DNA of 64,000 bases from Candidatus Hermodarchaeota archaeon (GTDB lineage: Archaea > Asgardarchaeota > Lokiarchaeia > Sigyniarchaeales > SOKP01), in contig JBHLLG010000002.1 in NCBI GenBank assembly GCA_048885925.1, positions 1-64,000 of the forward strand. The letters run 5' to 3'. The notes beneath the pieces were generated by a model. That model had not been told where the DNA came from and did no database searches. It worked only from the letters and a program-made list of their open reading frames with translations. Below, piece after piece: positions 9,223 to 19,887 of the stretch. Position 1 is the first letter of the stretch; every line of letters starts with the position of its first letter. The translations under genes were made by a program, and so were the position numbers.

Positions 9223-9825
9223 TTATTCTGAATTCCCTTCCACTTCACTATTTTCTGATTTTTTTCCTTCTTTTTCGGCATAAGCGTCTTCAATATCATT
9301 TTCAATCCATTCCTCTTTTCCTAAAAATTTTTGTCTCATTGTTAATCCAAGTTTACCACTTCTGCCTGTACCTAAGGAAACTGCAATTATTCTTGCTCTT
9401 ACTTGATCATTAACTTCAAGGATTTTTCCTGTTTCTTTTCCTATAAATCTATTTCCAACTTGTTCATACGAGATATAATCATCACAGATCTGTGATACAT
9501 GAACTAATCCATCTAATGGTCCTAGACGAACGAATGAACCAAAATCAACAATTTCAACTACAGTTCCTTCCACAATCTCCGAAACAGTTGGTTTAAATGT
9601 AAGAATAGTAAATTCTACCTCATGGAATGTATTTGCATTACCTGGTATGATAATACCTTTTCCAACGTTAAGAACATCTACAACTGAAATTATAAAACCA
9701 TAATCTCTTGTAATAATTCCTTCATAATCTTCTGAAAGAATAATCCTTGCACTTACAGTTTTTTCTTGGTCAAATAAGAACGGTGGTATCTCAATCTTCC
9801 CTTCGATGGTGTAAAGCTTAAACAT
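9223..9825 (-). CDS. rpoE1: DNA-directed RNA polymerase subunit E' (Rpo7)
   Basis: EIVEGTVVEIVDFGSFVRLGPLDGLVHVSQI S1 domain, GLTMRQKFLGKEEWI. Confidence 0.96.
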   Translation of the reverse strand: MFKLYTIEGKIEIPPFLFDQEKTVSARIILSEDYEGIITRDYGFIISVVDVLNVGKGIIIPGNANTFHEVEFTILTFKPTVSEIVEGTVVEIVDFGSFVRLGPLDGLVHVSQICDDYISYEQVGNRFIGKETGKILEVNDQVRARIIAVSLGTGRSGKLGLTMRQKFLGKEEWIENDIEDAYAEKEGKKSENSEVEGNSE

Positions 9826-9961
9826 CTGAGTGTACCCGTTAAATAATTGAACTTTAATGAAGTTTAGTGATTTATGAAATGAATTGAAAAATTAATAGTT
9901 TGTGGTTTTATTATCATAAAATTAGTAAATATTAAGATGCAAGCACTTTTTCTTAGATTCG

Positions 9962-10270
9962 TTATTTTCTTATTAGTGAGAGTCGAATAGGTCTAAAATC
10001 TACTATTTTTTGAATTCCAGCTCTAACTGAAGGATCTTTTTCAAGTATTTCTCTTGCATCTTTTTCATTTTCTGCTTCAAGGATTATAAGTCCAAATGGA
10101 TCTTCAAGAATTAATGTTGGACCCGCGAGAACTAATCTTTCTTGATTAAGTAAAGATTTTAAGTACTGAAAATGATCAGACATAATTTTATCTTCTTCCT
10201 CATTTGGATTTGTGATGAAATCTTGACGATAAGGCTTTATAATTGCATAATAATGATTATTTTTAGACAT
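9962..10270 (-). CDS. YciI family protein
   Basis: HFQYLKSL...LVLAGP...GLIILEAENEKDAREILEKDP. Confidence 0.85.
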   Translation of the reverse strand: MSKNNHYYAIIKPYRQDFITNPNEEEDKIMSDHFQYLKSLLNQERLVLAGPTLILEDPFGLIILEAENEKDAREILEKDPSVRAGIQKIVDFRPIRLSLIRK

Positions 10271-10436
10271 AATATAAGCTAACTCACTATAATTTTTAAA
10301 AAATCTTTAATCCTTTTACACGTTAAATCAATGAAAAGAAAGTATTAAATATTCTTGATTAAATTTCAATTTATTAGAAATAAAATATGTAAATGATAAT
10401 TAGAAGAAATTTTTTCAAAATGCAAGGTGTTTAAAA

Positions 10437-11438
10437 ATGAGTAGTACTGAATTACCTAAAGACTTGAGTTCTGATGATTTGATTAATCTTTATAAAAAGA
10501 TGTTATTGATTCGTAAATTTGAACAGAGAATTTCAAAAGATACAGGTAAAATCAAATCGCCTTTAGTACATGCATATGTTGGTGAAGAAGCTATATCTGT
10601 TGGAGCATGTGCGGCAATTAATGATAATGATTATATTACTTCTACCCACAGAGGTCATGGTCATTTTATTGCTAAAGGTGGTAATGTTAATTCGCTAATG
10701 GCAGAGATATATGGAAAAGAAGGAGGAATATGCAAGGGACGCGGTGGTTCGATGCATGTTGCTGATTTTTCTAAAAACATGCTAGGGGCAAATGGAATTG
10801 TTGGGGCAGGACCACCTTTAGCACTTGGAGTTGCCTTAGCCTCAAAAATGAGAAATGAGGGGAAGGTAGTTCTTACTTTCTTTGGCGATGGTGCTGCAAA
10901 CCAAGGAATGCTCCACGAATCCATGAATCTTGCTGCAATATGGAAACTTCCTATAATTTTCGTTTTAGAGAATAACATGTATGGTTGGAGCACCCCAGTT
11001 CATTATGCAAGTGGAATTAAAGATCTTTCACTCCGAGCTCAAGGATATGGGATGAAAGGTCTTACTATTGATGGTAATGACGTAATTGAGGTATACATAA
11101 CTATTAAAGAAGCTGTTGAGTTCGCAAGAAAGGATGGTGGTCCTACATTAATTGAATGCAAGACTTATAGGTGGGGGGGTCAAATGACTATAGATGCTGA
11201 TAAATATCGATCAACTGAAGAAAAAGAAGAATGGAAAAAAAAATGTCCAATTGAAGCTTATAAACTGAAACTTATCAAAAATGAACTTATCGATCGAGCT
11301 CTTATTCAAGAAATTGAAGAAGATACTTTAGCACAAATAGAGTTAAGTGTTAAATTAGCTAAAAAAAGTCCAAAACCAGACACTATTACTGTTCTAGATG
11401 ATTTATATAAAAATCCAATTAAGTTAGGGGGTAATTAA
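10437..11438 (+). CDS. TPP-dependent 2-oxoacid/acetoin dehydrogenase E1 alpha subunit
   Basis: STHRGHGH, GRGGSMH, FFGDGAANQG...ENN TPP-binding motif; SD AAGGTG. Confidence 0.93.
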   Translation: MSSTELPKDLSSDDLINLYKKMLLIRKFEQRISKDTGKIKSPLVHAYVGEEAISVGACAAINDNDYITSTHRGHGHFIAKGGNVNSLMAEIYGKEGGICKGRGGSMHVADFSKNMLGANGIVGAGPPLALGVALASKMRNEGKVVLTFFGDGAANQGMLHESMNLAAIWKLPIIFVLENNMYGWSTPVHYASGIKDLSLRAQGYGMKGLTIDGNDVIEVYITIKEAVEFARKDGGPTLIECKTYRWGGQMTIDADKYRSTEEKEEWKKKCPIEAYKLKLIKNELIDRALIQEIEEDTLAQIELSVKLAKKSPKPDTITVLDDLYKNPIKLGGN

Positions 11439-11439
11439 A

Positions 11440-12426
11440 GTGACGGAAGAAACTAAAACTATGAAGGGTTTAGAGGCTATTAGGTTAGCTATTGAAGAAG
11501 AGATGGAACGGGATAAATCCGTATTCTTAATAGGAGAAGATATAGGTAAGTTTGGAGGCCCTTTTTTTGTAACAGAAGGTTTATTAGAAAAATTTGGTCC
11601 AGAAAGAATTCGTGAAACACCGATTAGTGAAAATGCGATTTTGGGTTGTGCTATTGGAGCTGCTATGGTTGGAATGCGTCCTATTGCAGAAATTATGTTT
11701 GCAGACTTTTTAACTGTATGTATGGATATGATAGTGAATCAAGCCGCAAAAGCAAGATATATGTATGGAGGTCAAATTTCCGTCCCTGTTACTATAAGAA
11801 CTCCATTTGGAACTGGTATAATGGGTGCCTCGCAGCATTCACAGTCTTTTGAGTCATGGTTTATGCATGTACCAGGTTTAAAAGTCGTAGTGCCATCTAA
11901 TGGACGAGATTTTAAAGGATTATTGAAGAACGCCATAAGAGAAGATGATCCTGTAATCTTTTTTGAGAATAAGAGAGTTTATTACCTAACTGGAGAGGTA
12001 CCATTGGATAAAGATTTCACGATACCATTTGGAAAAGCAAGGAAATGTATTGAAGGTGATGATGTAACTATTGTTGCTACTGGAGCAATGGTCCAAGAAT
12101 GTATTATAACTGCTAATAAATTAAAAGAAGATAATATCCATTGTGAAGTTATTGATCCAAGGACTTTAGTTCCAATGGATAAAGAAACAATTCTTAATTC
12201 TGTTGAGAAAACAGGAAAATTGATTATCGTGGATGAAGGCTGTAAAACATGTTCAGTAAGCGCAGAGATTGCTGCGTTTGTAGCAGAAGAGGGTTTTCAT
12301 TATTTAAAGAAACCAATCTTAAGAATTAACACTCCTGATATTCCAATTCCCTATGCACCAAATTTAGAGAATGCAATTGTTCCGAATGCGAAGTTAATTC
12401 AAGAAAATATTAAGAAAATAATTTAA
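11440..12426 (+). CDS. 2-oxoacid/acetoin dehydrogenase E1 beta subunit
   Basis: GEDIG, ETPISE, GMRPIAEIMFADF, QHSQS, EVIDPRTLVP. Confidence 0.93.
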   Translation: MTEETKTMKGLEAIRLAIEEEMERDKSVFLIGEDIGKFGGPFFVTEGLLEKFGPERIRETPISENAILGCAIGAAMVGMRPIAEIMFADFLTVCMDMIVNQAAKARYMYGGQISVPVTIRTPFGTGIMGASQHSQSFESWFMHVPGLKVVVPSNGRDFKGLLKNAIREDDPVIFFENKRVYYLTGEVPLDKDFTIPFGKARKCIEGDDVTIVATGAMVQECIITANKLKEDNIHCEVIDPRTLVPMDKETILNSVEKTGKLIIVDEGCKTCSVSAEIAAFVAEEGFHYLKKPILRINTPDIPIPYAPNLENAIVPNAKLIQENIKKII

Positions 12427-12448
12427 ATGATTGTAGGGTTCATTCGAA

Positions 12449-13234
12449 ATGGGAACTATCATTCGAGATATGACTAAAGATGATGAATATTATGTTGGTA
12501 CCTGTACTCATGTAAATGAAAATAACATCGAATATGAAATGTCTGCTCCACGCCGTATATCTTGGCTTAGGAATATGGAACATCATGGATTGAGAGTTAA
12601 AGTTGCTCTTTTAAATAATATTCATGCTGGATTTTTATATATTATGCCAATTGAGATAAATCCCTGGTCGATTGAAGGTAAAGAATTAATGGTATTTCCT
12701 TGCTTAGTTTCGCATTCAAAATTTGCTAAGAAAGGGATTGGAAAAGAGTTAATTAAAGCTGCAGAAGAAGAAACTTATAAACAAAATCGTAAAGGAATTG
12801 CTACAATTGCTTATTTTTGGGATTTTTGGTTTATGCCTGCTGAATATTTTTTAAAATTAGGATTTAAAATTGCAGAAAAACAAGGTGAAGAAGCAATTTT
12901 TTGGAAACAATTAGATAAGAGTGCCAACCCACCATATTTCAGAAAAAAAAAGTATGAATTTAAACCAGAAAAAGGAAAAATTATAGTAGATTTGTTTTGG
13001 AATAGATTCTGCTTAACAAGTGATGTTGAGGCACAACGAGTGCGAGACGTACTTTCAGAATTTGGTAATAATGTTGTTCTCAATGAATTTTCTGCAATTG
13101 ACAAACCAATTCTACAGCGATATGGTATTTCTCGAGGAATCTATGTTAATGGTCAAAGGATGGAAATTGGACCAGAAATAGAAAAAACAAAACTTAGAGA
13201 AGTAATTAATAACGCCTTAGTTAAGTTGAATTAA
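12449..13234 (+). CDS. GNAT acetyltransferase with C-terminal thioredoxin-like (YoaP-like) domain
   Basis: KKGIGKELIKAAEE acetyl-CoA-binding motif; C-terminal FWNRFC...YGISRGIYVNG. Confidence 0.7.
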   Translation: MGTIIRDMTKDDEYYVGTCTHVNENNIEYEMSAPRRISWLRNMEHHGLRVKVALLNNIHAGFLYIMPIEINPWSIEGKELMVFPCLVSHSKFAKKGIGKELIKAAEEETYKQNRKGIATIAYFWDFWFMPAEYFLKLGFKIAEKQGEEAIFWKQLDKSANPPYFRKKKYEFKPEKGKIIVDLFWNRFCLTSDVEAQRVRDVLSEFGNNVVLNEFSAIDKPILQRYGISRGIYVNGQRMEIGPEIEKTKLREVINNALVKLN

Positions 13235-13611
13235 TTTTTTTTTAACTTTTTTAAAAAATCCTTCCTTATAGGATAAAAAACGTCTAGCATGACAAAAGGT
13301 TCATCACCGATACATATATCGCTATGAGGAGTATTTGCTGGAATACAATAAAAGTCTCCTTTCTTAACATGTCGCTCTTCATCTCCAATTCTTAGCTTTG
13401 CTTGACCAGCATAAATTATGCCTACTTGTTCATGTTTATGAGAATGTAAAGGAACTGAATGACCCGGCAATGTAGCATTGAGTGCCATCATCATTTTTTC
13501 ACCTTGTAATCCCGTGAGAATGGTTGTTTCAAGTCCTTCCATTTGTATAAATTTGGGAGTATCTTTTAGATCTATAAAATATGAACTTTTTTCATTTTGA
13601 ATTTTAATCAT
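13231..13611 (-). CDS. Cupin domain protein
   Basis: PLHSHKHEQ...GDFYCIPANTPH...DVFYPIR. Confidence 0.9.
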   Translation of the reverse strand: MIKIQNEKSSYFIDLKDTPKFIQMEGLETTILTGLQGEKMMMALNATLPGHSVPLHSHKHEQVGIIYAGQAKLRIGDEERHVKKGDFYCIPANTPHSDICIGDEPFVMLDVFYPIRKDFLKKLKKN

Positions 13612-13646
13612 CTCTTAATGTTTTTTTTAGAATTTATTATATTAAT

Positions 13647-14036
13647 TTATTTCATAATTGGTTTTTTATAGAAAATTGTGGCGGGACAACAACAATATTT
13701 ATCCATACTTGGACATTTTTTACAATTTGCTCCACATGGACTAATATTTGTTACTTTTTTGGGGATTCGGAGTTTTAATTCTTTAGGATAATAAACATTA
13801 TCTAAAAAAGTAACTTTGGCACTTTTTAAACTAAATGTATTGCTTGGATATTTTTCAATTGATTCGATCCACCATTTTTGCCTTTCAGGGAGAAAAAATA
13901 ACGCATAAAGTTGATTTTTTATAGTGGTCATGATGTTTATATAAGGACAATTTTTATAACTAGAAGCAATCTCGATAACTTGTTTTTCAGTTTCTGATTC
14001 TCCATATAATAACGCACATATTAATTTTTCTTTTAT
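13647..14036 (-). CDS. Hypothetical protein with Cys-rich C-terminus, possible ATA start
   Basis: SPCGANCKKCPSMDKYCCCPAT Cys cluster; frame open upstream of the ATG at 13931 to 14039, with AAGGTGG upstream of ATA 14036. Confidence 0.6.
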   Translation of the reverse strand: MKEKLICALLYGESETEKQVIEIASSYKNCPYINIMTTIKNQLYALFFLPERQKWWIESIEKYPSNTFSLKSAKVTFLDNVYYPKELKLRIPKKVTNISPCGANCKKCPSMDKYCCCPATIFYKKPIMK

Positions 14037-14172
14037 GCTTCATCCACCTTTATAATCGAATTTATTTTTTAACCAAAAAAATATTGTAATAATTAAATTT
14101 TCTATTTTGTCTCTATTTACATTTAAATATTTAGTGTTTTAATAGAATTTAATAATATTGCGCTTTATTATC

Positions 14173-15438
14173 TTATTGCGAATCAACAGATTTTAAGAAT
14201 TCTAGACATATGGCAACGAATTGTCCTAAGGCTTCTTTTTCAATAACTTCAGGGGTATCTAGTCTTGTATGATAATAGGGAACTAGTTCATCTTTTAAAT
14301 TAAGTGAACCCATTGAAACCGCAGCTATCTTTTTTTTACTAAATGCAGCACCATCTGTGGCTCCAAATGCTAGAGGAGATATCTTTGCATTAGGATTTAC
14401 TTTTTTAGCGATTTCAAATAATGGTTTATATAACTTTGGATCATGTTTTGCTCCTATTCCAGGCTCTCTATCATGTATAACTACAATTTCTTTTTTTCCT
14501 ATACTATCCATGTTGATAACTATAGTCTCCTCCTCTTTCAAGTTTTTAAAATGTGTAGTAATATATCGTTTTGACCCTCTTAATCCTGCTTCCTCCCCCG
14601 CAAAAGAAATTAGATAAATTTTAGTATGTTTAGGGAAAATATTTGGATTATCTTTATTTTCTGTCAAATATTTACCTATTCCTAAGATAACTGAAACTCC
14701 AGATAAATTATCAAATGCTCCCAGGACTGGATGATATGTGTGAAATAATATATAAACTAATCCTATGGGACTAAAAATGATGAATAAAACTCCAAAGGAT
14801 AAATATAATATCGGTAATTCAATTGAAAGCAATTGAAGAATTATTTTTAATATAACTACAATAAAGATTATTACCACAATAAGATATCCAACATTAATTA
14901 TTATTTGTCCAAATCTTTTTAGATAATAAAATGTATTGAACTCAAATGCAGAATCATGATGTGCCGAAAAAATTATACTATGCTTTAAATTCCCTGAAGG
15001 ATTTATAGTTCCAATAACATTTTTTGAATGTTTTTTAGGAAAAAGAAAATCAAATACTTCATGGTATTTCATTACTTCCAATATAAAATAACTAATGGAA
15101 ATGATTATAAAAATAATAGCTATAATCATGAAAATAAAACTATAAATTTCGATAATTAGCAATATTTTAATATCAACTAATAAAGAAAGCCAATAAAAAA
15201 GTATTGACACTAAAACCAGTGAAGCAGCATATTTTATTCCTCCGAGAAATGCATGAGGACTACTAATATATTCTTCTTGATGAATTTCATCACAAAATTT
15301 TTTCAATTCTTCTTCTATTATATTTCCTGCGAGTATTTCTTGTTCAGTACCCGATTCTCTTGGTCCTACTTCATTACAAATTCTATCTATGAATTGATAC
15401 ATGTAATTATTTAAGTTTTCATCAATCATTTTAACCAA
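14173..15438 (-). CDS. Membrane-embedded M28 family metallopeptidase
   Basis: SAHHDS, GAFDNLSG, GEEAGLRGS, NMDSIG, TDG, YHTRLD; four TM segments inserted. Confidence 0.88.
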   Translation of the reverse strand: MVKMIDENLNNYMYQFIDRICNEVGPRESGTEQEILAGNIIEEELKKFCDEIHQEEYISSPHAFLGGIKYAASLVLVSILFYWLSLLVDIKILLIIEIYSFIFMIIAIIFIIISISYFILEVMKYHEVFDFLFPKKHSKNVIGTINPSGNLKHSIIFSAHHDSAFEFNTFYYLKRFGQIIINVGYLIVVIIFIVVILKIILQLLSIELPILYLSFGVLFIIFSPIGLVYILFHTYHPVLGAFDNLSGVSVILGIGKYLTENKDNPNIFPKHTKIYLISFAGEEAGLRGSKRYITTHFKNLKEEETIVINMDSIGKKEIVVIHDREPGIGAKHDPKLYKPLFEIAKKVNPNAKISPLAFGATDGAAFSKKKIAAVSMGSLNLKDELVPYYHTRLDTPEVIEKEALGQFVAICLEFLKSVDSQ

Positions 15439-15593
15439 ATATTTTACTTCATTAACTTTTTTTTCTAAGAAAAGAAATAATTAATATTAATTTCGTTAAT
15501 TCTAATTATAAATCTTTAATTTCAAAAATACCTAAAGGAATAGAGAGATTATATCTAGAAATTCAAAAAAAACAAGAATGGTTAATACTATAA

Positions 15594-15971
15594 TTATATT
15601 AATTTAGCTATCCTTTCGCAAGTTCGCTTACAATCCAAAAAGATTAATCCTAATCTCACATCTTTCGTAGTAGAAACAGTTAACACGGCATTGGGGCCAG
15701 CTTGTAAGACTAATAAATAACCGTCGCTTCCCTTCACATATAATTGGTCAAATTCCCCTTTCTCCATCTCAATAACAGATCTTTCGGCTAGGGAGAGTAA
15801 CGCTGCGGTCATTGCGGCAATCCTAGTTTCATCTACTCCTTGCGGAAGTGCGGAAGCGATCGGTAGACCTTCAGCAGATACAATTGCAGCAGCTTTTACT
15901 TCTGGGATGGCTGCTAACAATTTTTTTAAGATATCATCTAAAGATTCGCTAGTTTGCTCCATAGAACTCAT
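15594..15971 (-). CDS. Roadblock/LC7 (MglB-like) protein
   Basis: AAIVSAEGLPIASAL...RIAAMTAALLSLAER...LGLIFLD. Confidence 0.93.
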   Translation of the reverse strand: MSSMEQTSESLDDILKKLLAAIPEVKAAAIVSAEGLPIASALPQGVDETRIAAMTAALLSLAERSVIEMEKGEFDQLYVKGSDGYLLVLQAGPNAVLTVSTTKDVRLGLIFLDCKRTCERIAKLI

Positions 15972-16208
15972 TTATTTTTTGATTTATAATTAGGATATAT
16001 TTTTAGGAATATGATTTGTGAAATAATCTTACTATAATAGATATAATTTACTTATTTTAATTTTATTTATTTTTTTGTATTACTTATAGTCTAATAAATT
16101 ATATTATTACTTCGTTATTAATTAATTTTCGAAATTTTTGTAAAAATTCCTTAAACGCTGTTATTATTTTTTAAAGCATATATTTGTAGTAAATATCTAA
16201 ATTATTAT

Positions 16209-17255
16209 TTAAATATTTATTGTAGTTTCTATCATTGCATTAATATTTTCTGGGATACAACTTGAGTTAATTTGTTGCGTGGGTGATATTACTAAATGAC
16301 AATTATATTTTCTTGCTTTTTGAATTAATTTAACAACATAATCTTTTATTTGTAAAGGAGTTCCAAAAGATAAGAAAGAGATATCTATATTACCAATAAA
16401 GCAAATTTGATCTTGATATTTTTTAAAGAGGGCAAAGATATTTACTCCTGCATTAGGCTCTAAGCTTTGAATTCCATCAAAACCTAACTCAATAAAAATG
16501 TTGATCATATTGGAAATATAACCATCAGAATGGATTATTATTTTCTGGTTCCTTTTATGGATGAAATTAATAATCTCTGTATATTCTTCATAAAATAGCT
16601 TCTTCCAAACGCTCTTAGCAATAAAAGTTCGATTCTTGTAGCCATAGTCATCGGCTATCAGAAATATAGTTGCTCCAGTGTTCTGAAGAACTTCAATTAA
16701 TGTTTTTAAGTAATCTGAGAAAAATTTAGTAACTGTAGTCACTAAATCAATATTTTTTTTTAAAGATTTAGCGAAATAAAAAAAGCCCATAGATTGCCAA
16801 GTTTTTTCAAACAAACCAGGTAAAGAAATTACATAATCTAAATTATTGTTAACATTATTTAGAAAATCTTTTAACAGCTTTAAATTATCTTCTGAAGGAA
16901 GATTTAAGTGGCTCCAATTTTGAACAATATTAGAATCTTTAAAGACTCCATCCCACATATACCAATCTCCTTTATAGATGCGACCCCATCCATCTACTCT
17001 TCTTTGGTCATTTAAAATATAGCCTCCTTTTCCTTTTCGGAAATCCCATAAAGAAATAGCGTCAAAACCCATTTTTTCGATGAGATAATAACTTTTATTA
17101 TTTAAAATCAATTTCTTTTTGTTAGGATCAAGATTATAAGATTTAATATAATTATAAATAAAATTTTCTTCAGGATATCCGGGGCAATATAGTGGAATTT
17201 TACTTGTTGATTCTTTAGATAGGAGTTTAAGAAAATTACTTTTATGGTAATTCAT
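16209..17255 (-). CDS. Uroporphyrinogen decarboxylase / MtaA-CmuA family protein
   Basis: VDGWGR, IADDYG, IHSDG, GIQSLEP, FIGNID, PENINAM. Confidence 0.8.
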   Translation of the reverse strand: MNYHKSNFLKLLSKESTSKIPLYCPGYPEENFIYNYIKSYNLDPNKKKLILNNKSYYLIEKMGFDAISLWDFRKGKGGYILNDQRRVDGWGRIYKGDWYMWDGVFKDSNIVQNWSHLNLPSEDNLKLLKDFLNNVNNNLDYVISLPGLFEKTWQSMGFFYFAKSLKKNIDLVTTVTKFFSDYLKTLIEVLQNTGATIFLIADDYGYKNRTFIAKSVWKKLFYEEYTEIINFIHKRNQKIIIHSDGYISNMINIFIELGFDGIQSLEPNAGVNIFALFKKYQDQICFIGNIDISFLSFGTPLQIKDYVVKLIQKARKYNCHLVISPTQQINSSCIPENINAMIETTINI

Positions 17256-17326
17256 AATTAAGGGGAAATTAATTATTATGTTATTAATTATTAAAATAAT
17301 TAATATAATTCTCTATCAATATAATT

Positions 17327-18469
17327 ATGACATATTGGACTGCTGTTGATATTATATATAATATAGCGTTATCATTCTGTTTTTTTATATTAACATTTCT
17401 AATGCTTTTTATTGGACGAAGAGGAATTAAAGGTAATAATAAGTATGGAGGGACATCAACAATTGTTTGTGGAGTTTGTTTCTTCATTTTTGGATTTTAT
17501 AATTTAATTTTTAGATTTTTTGATTATCCTTATAATGGTTTTATGATGTGGTGGATTGGAATGAATTTAGGTATTGCTCTGATTTTTTCTTTTTTGATTA
17601 AAAGAGAAAAAAAGAAAATAAAATTAGAGAATGAAAATCTAGTAAATAAGATTAAAAAAAAATCAATTTTAAGAAGATATGTTGAAAGATTAACTAGAGA
17701 GAATCCATATCAGAAAGATATTCCATTTAAAATGGAAGTAATTAGAAAGAGTTTTCATTTAATGGGATTTTTATTAGTATTTGGATATTTTGGGTTTTTC
17801 ATTGTCCCACCGCTTATCCAATTAATAAGCGATGGTGTAGTTAGGCTTATTAATGATATAACGCCTGCTTATGAATTTACTTGGGGGGATTTATCTTTGT
17901 ATCCATATTATATTGGAGATCCTCTCGGTCTTAAATATCTAACCATGATGGGATTAATAGGAGCTTTAATGTTTGCGATAATATCTGATTTAATTAGAAT
18001 AATATGGGGTCCTGAATATTCAATTTTTAATTTTTTAACAAGATCGATGTTAAGGAACAAAGAAATCAATGCAACAGGTCCACAAATTTATATTATTACT
18101 GGATTTGTCTTTTCTTATATGTTGTATATGGCAGGAATTATCCATATTTTAGCATTTTTTACAGGAATCCTTATCGCATGTCTTTCAGATGCAGCAGCGG
18201 CATTAATTGGAAGAAAGTATGGAAAACATAAAGTTAAGGTAAGAAGTAAAGATACCAAATCAGTAGAAGGATTCCTTGCGGGAATTATAGTAGCGTATAT
18301 TATTGGATTAATTCTTGTAGGACCTATTTATGCAATAATTGGAGCAATAATATTCTTTCTCACAGACTATTTTCCAATTTATACTGCAGATAATATTTTG
18401 AATCCAATATTTATTCCAATCGGAATTCAGTTAATGATAATTTTATTAGGGTTACCAATCGGTTGGTAA
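17327..18469 (+). CDS. Polyprenol (dolichol/phytol) kinase-like membrane protein
   Basis: EVIRKSFH, SDAAAALIGRKYGKHK...KSVEG, DNIL motifs of CTP-dependent isoprenoid kinases. Confidence 0.82.
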   Translation: MTYWTAVDIIYNIALSFCFFILTFLMLFIGRRGIKGNNKYGGTSTIVCGVCFFIFGFYNLIFRFFDYPYNGFMMWWIGMNLGIALIFSFLIKREKKKIKLENENLVNKIKKKSILRRYVERLTRENPYQKDIPFKMEVIRKSFHLMGFLLVFGYFGFFIVPPLIQLISDGVVRLINDITPAYEFTWGDLSLYPYYIGDPLGLKYLTMMGLIGALMFAIISDLIRIIWGPEYSIFNFLTRSMLRNKEINATGPQIYIITGFVFSYMLYMAGIIHILAFFTGILIACLSDAAAALIGRKYGKHKVKVRSKDTKSVEGFLAGIIVAYIIGLILVGPIYAIIGAIIFFLTDYFPIYTADNILNPIFIPIGIQLMIILLGLPIGW

Positions 18470-18476
18470 TAACAAG

Positions 18477-19325
18477 ATGAAAGAGTTAATCGATGAGTTA
18501 AAAAGTATTAAATTAGCTATATTTGATTTAGATGGGGTAATATATCGTGGAAATACATTAATTCCCAATGTAGATGAAGTTATAAAGGAATTAAAAAATA
18601 AATCCATTAAAATTATATATAATTCTAATAATTCTACAGCAACTAGACAAAATTACCTAAATAAATTGAAAGAATTTAATATTTCCAGTGAAATATCTGA
18701 TTTTTACACAAGTGCGTCAATTACATCAGTAGAAATTACAAAATTAAAGAAAAATGCTAATATATTTGTAATAGGGGAAGCAGGTTTAAGAAAAGAGCTA
18801 CAATCCTTAGGTCATAAAATAATTACTGAACCTAAAAATATTGAAGATATAGATTTTGTAATTGTTGGTTTAGACAGAGATTTTAATTATAGTAAATTAG
18901 CTTTAGCTCAAAAATGTATTTTAGAAGGAAAAGCTCAGTTTTATGCCACAAATGCGGACTCTACATTACCTGTTGCCAGAGGGTTTAAACCAGGTGCTGG
19001 AGTAATGGTAAATGCTTTAATTACTTGTACTGATAGAAAGCCTATTAGAATTTTTGGAAAACCAGAGCCATTTGGAATAAAAATGATATTAGATGATTAT
19101 AAAATCTCTCCTGAAAATGTATGTATTTTTGGTGATCGATTAAATACAGATATATTAGCAGGTAATCGTGCAGGGATAAAAACTATAGTAGTTTTAACCG
19201 GAGTATCAACGAGAGAAATAGTGGAGAATATAAAGGAAAAAGTAAAAAATTCAGATGAAATTGATAAAAATTTAATCCCAGATTTGGTACTGAATAAGTT
19301 AGATGAAATTTTTATAATTGAGTAG
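18477..19325 (+). CDS. HAD-IIA family hydrolase (NagD-like)
   Basis: FDLDGVIY, SNNS, ATNAD, GKPE, GDRLNTDI. Confidence 0.92.
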   Translation: MKELIDELKSIKLAIFDLDGVIYRGNTLIPNVDEVIKELKNKSIKIIYNSNNSTATRQNYLNKLKEFNISSEISDFYTSASITSVEITKLKKNANIFVIGEAGLRKELQSLGHKIITEPKNIEDIDFVIVGLDRDFNYSKLALAQKCILEGKAQFYATNADSTLPVARGFKPGAGVMVNALITCTDRKPIRIFGKPEPFGIKMILDDYKISPENVCIFGDRLNTDILAGNRAGIKTIVVLTGVSTREIVENIKEKVKNSDEIDKNLIPDLVLNKLDEIFIIE

Positions 19326-19887
19326 TCTGATTTTTATTGTTAATATTATTTTCCATAAGCTCCGCTTTTCTCATCATTAATCGACCAATCTCAATGAAAA
19401 TCTCTTCAACATTTTGTCCATCTCTAGCTGAACACTCAATATAACTACTTAAATTATTTTCCTCAGCCAATTTAAGAGCATCTTCTCTAGAAACAGTTCT
19501 TTTATATTCTAGATCTAGTTTTCCTCCTACCATAATAATAGGAATTCGAGGTTCTTGACTTTGGTTCCCCATTTTAAAAATACCTAACCAATCTTCAAAA
19601 TTTTTAAGACTAGTATATCTAGTTATGTCGAACATAAAAATACCGCCTGAAGATCCAATTGAATAACTAGGCATAAGGAATCTAAACCGGTCTTCCCCCG
19701 CAAAATCCCAGATTTGCAAACTTACTCGCTTTCCCTCGATTTCTATTTTCTTTACATGAAAATCTACTCCGATAGTTATTTGTGAATCGCTTTTAAATAC
19801 ACCTGTGAGATATCGATTCACTAAAGTAGTTTTGCCGACACCCCCATCTCCGAAAATGCAAACTTTAAATAAATTATCTAATGACAT
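19312..19887 (-). CDS. Rab-like small GTPase
   Basis: GDGGVGKTT, TIGVDF, WDFAGE, GGKLD, ECSAR; probable ATG at 19887; no C-terminal Cys. Confidence 0.92.
   Translation of the reverse strand: MSLDNLFKVCIFGDGGVGKTTLVNRYLTGVFKSDSQITIGVDFHVKKIEIEGKRVSLQIWDFAGEDRFRFLMPSYSIGSSGGIFMFDITRYTSLKNFEDWLGIFKMGNQSQEPRIPIIMVGGKLDLEYKRTVSREDALKLAEENNLSSYIECSARDGQNVEEIFIEIGRLMMRKAELMENNINNKNQTTQL

Noticed and set aside
15470-16210. AT-only palindromes and T/A runs in intergenic regions
   Set aside because: Expected by chance at this base composition; individual promoters and terminators cannot be called reliably.
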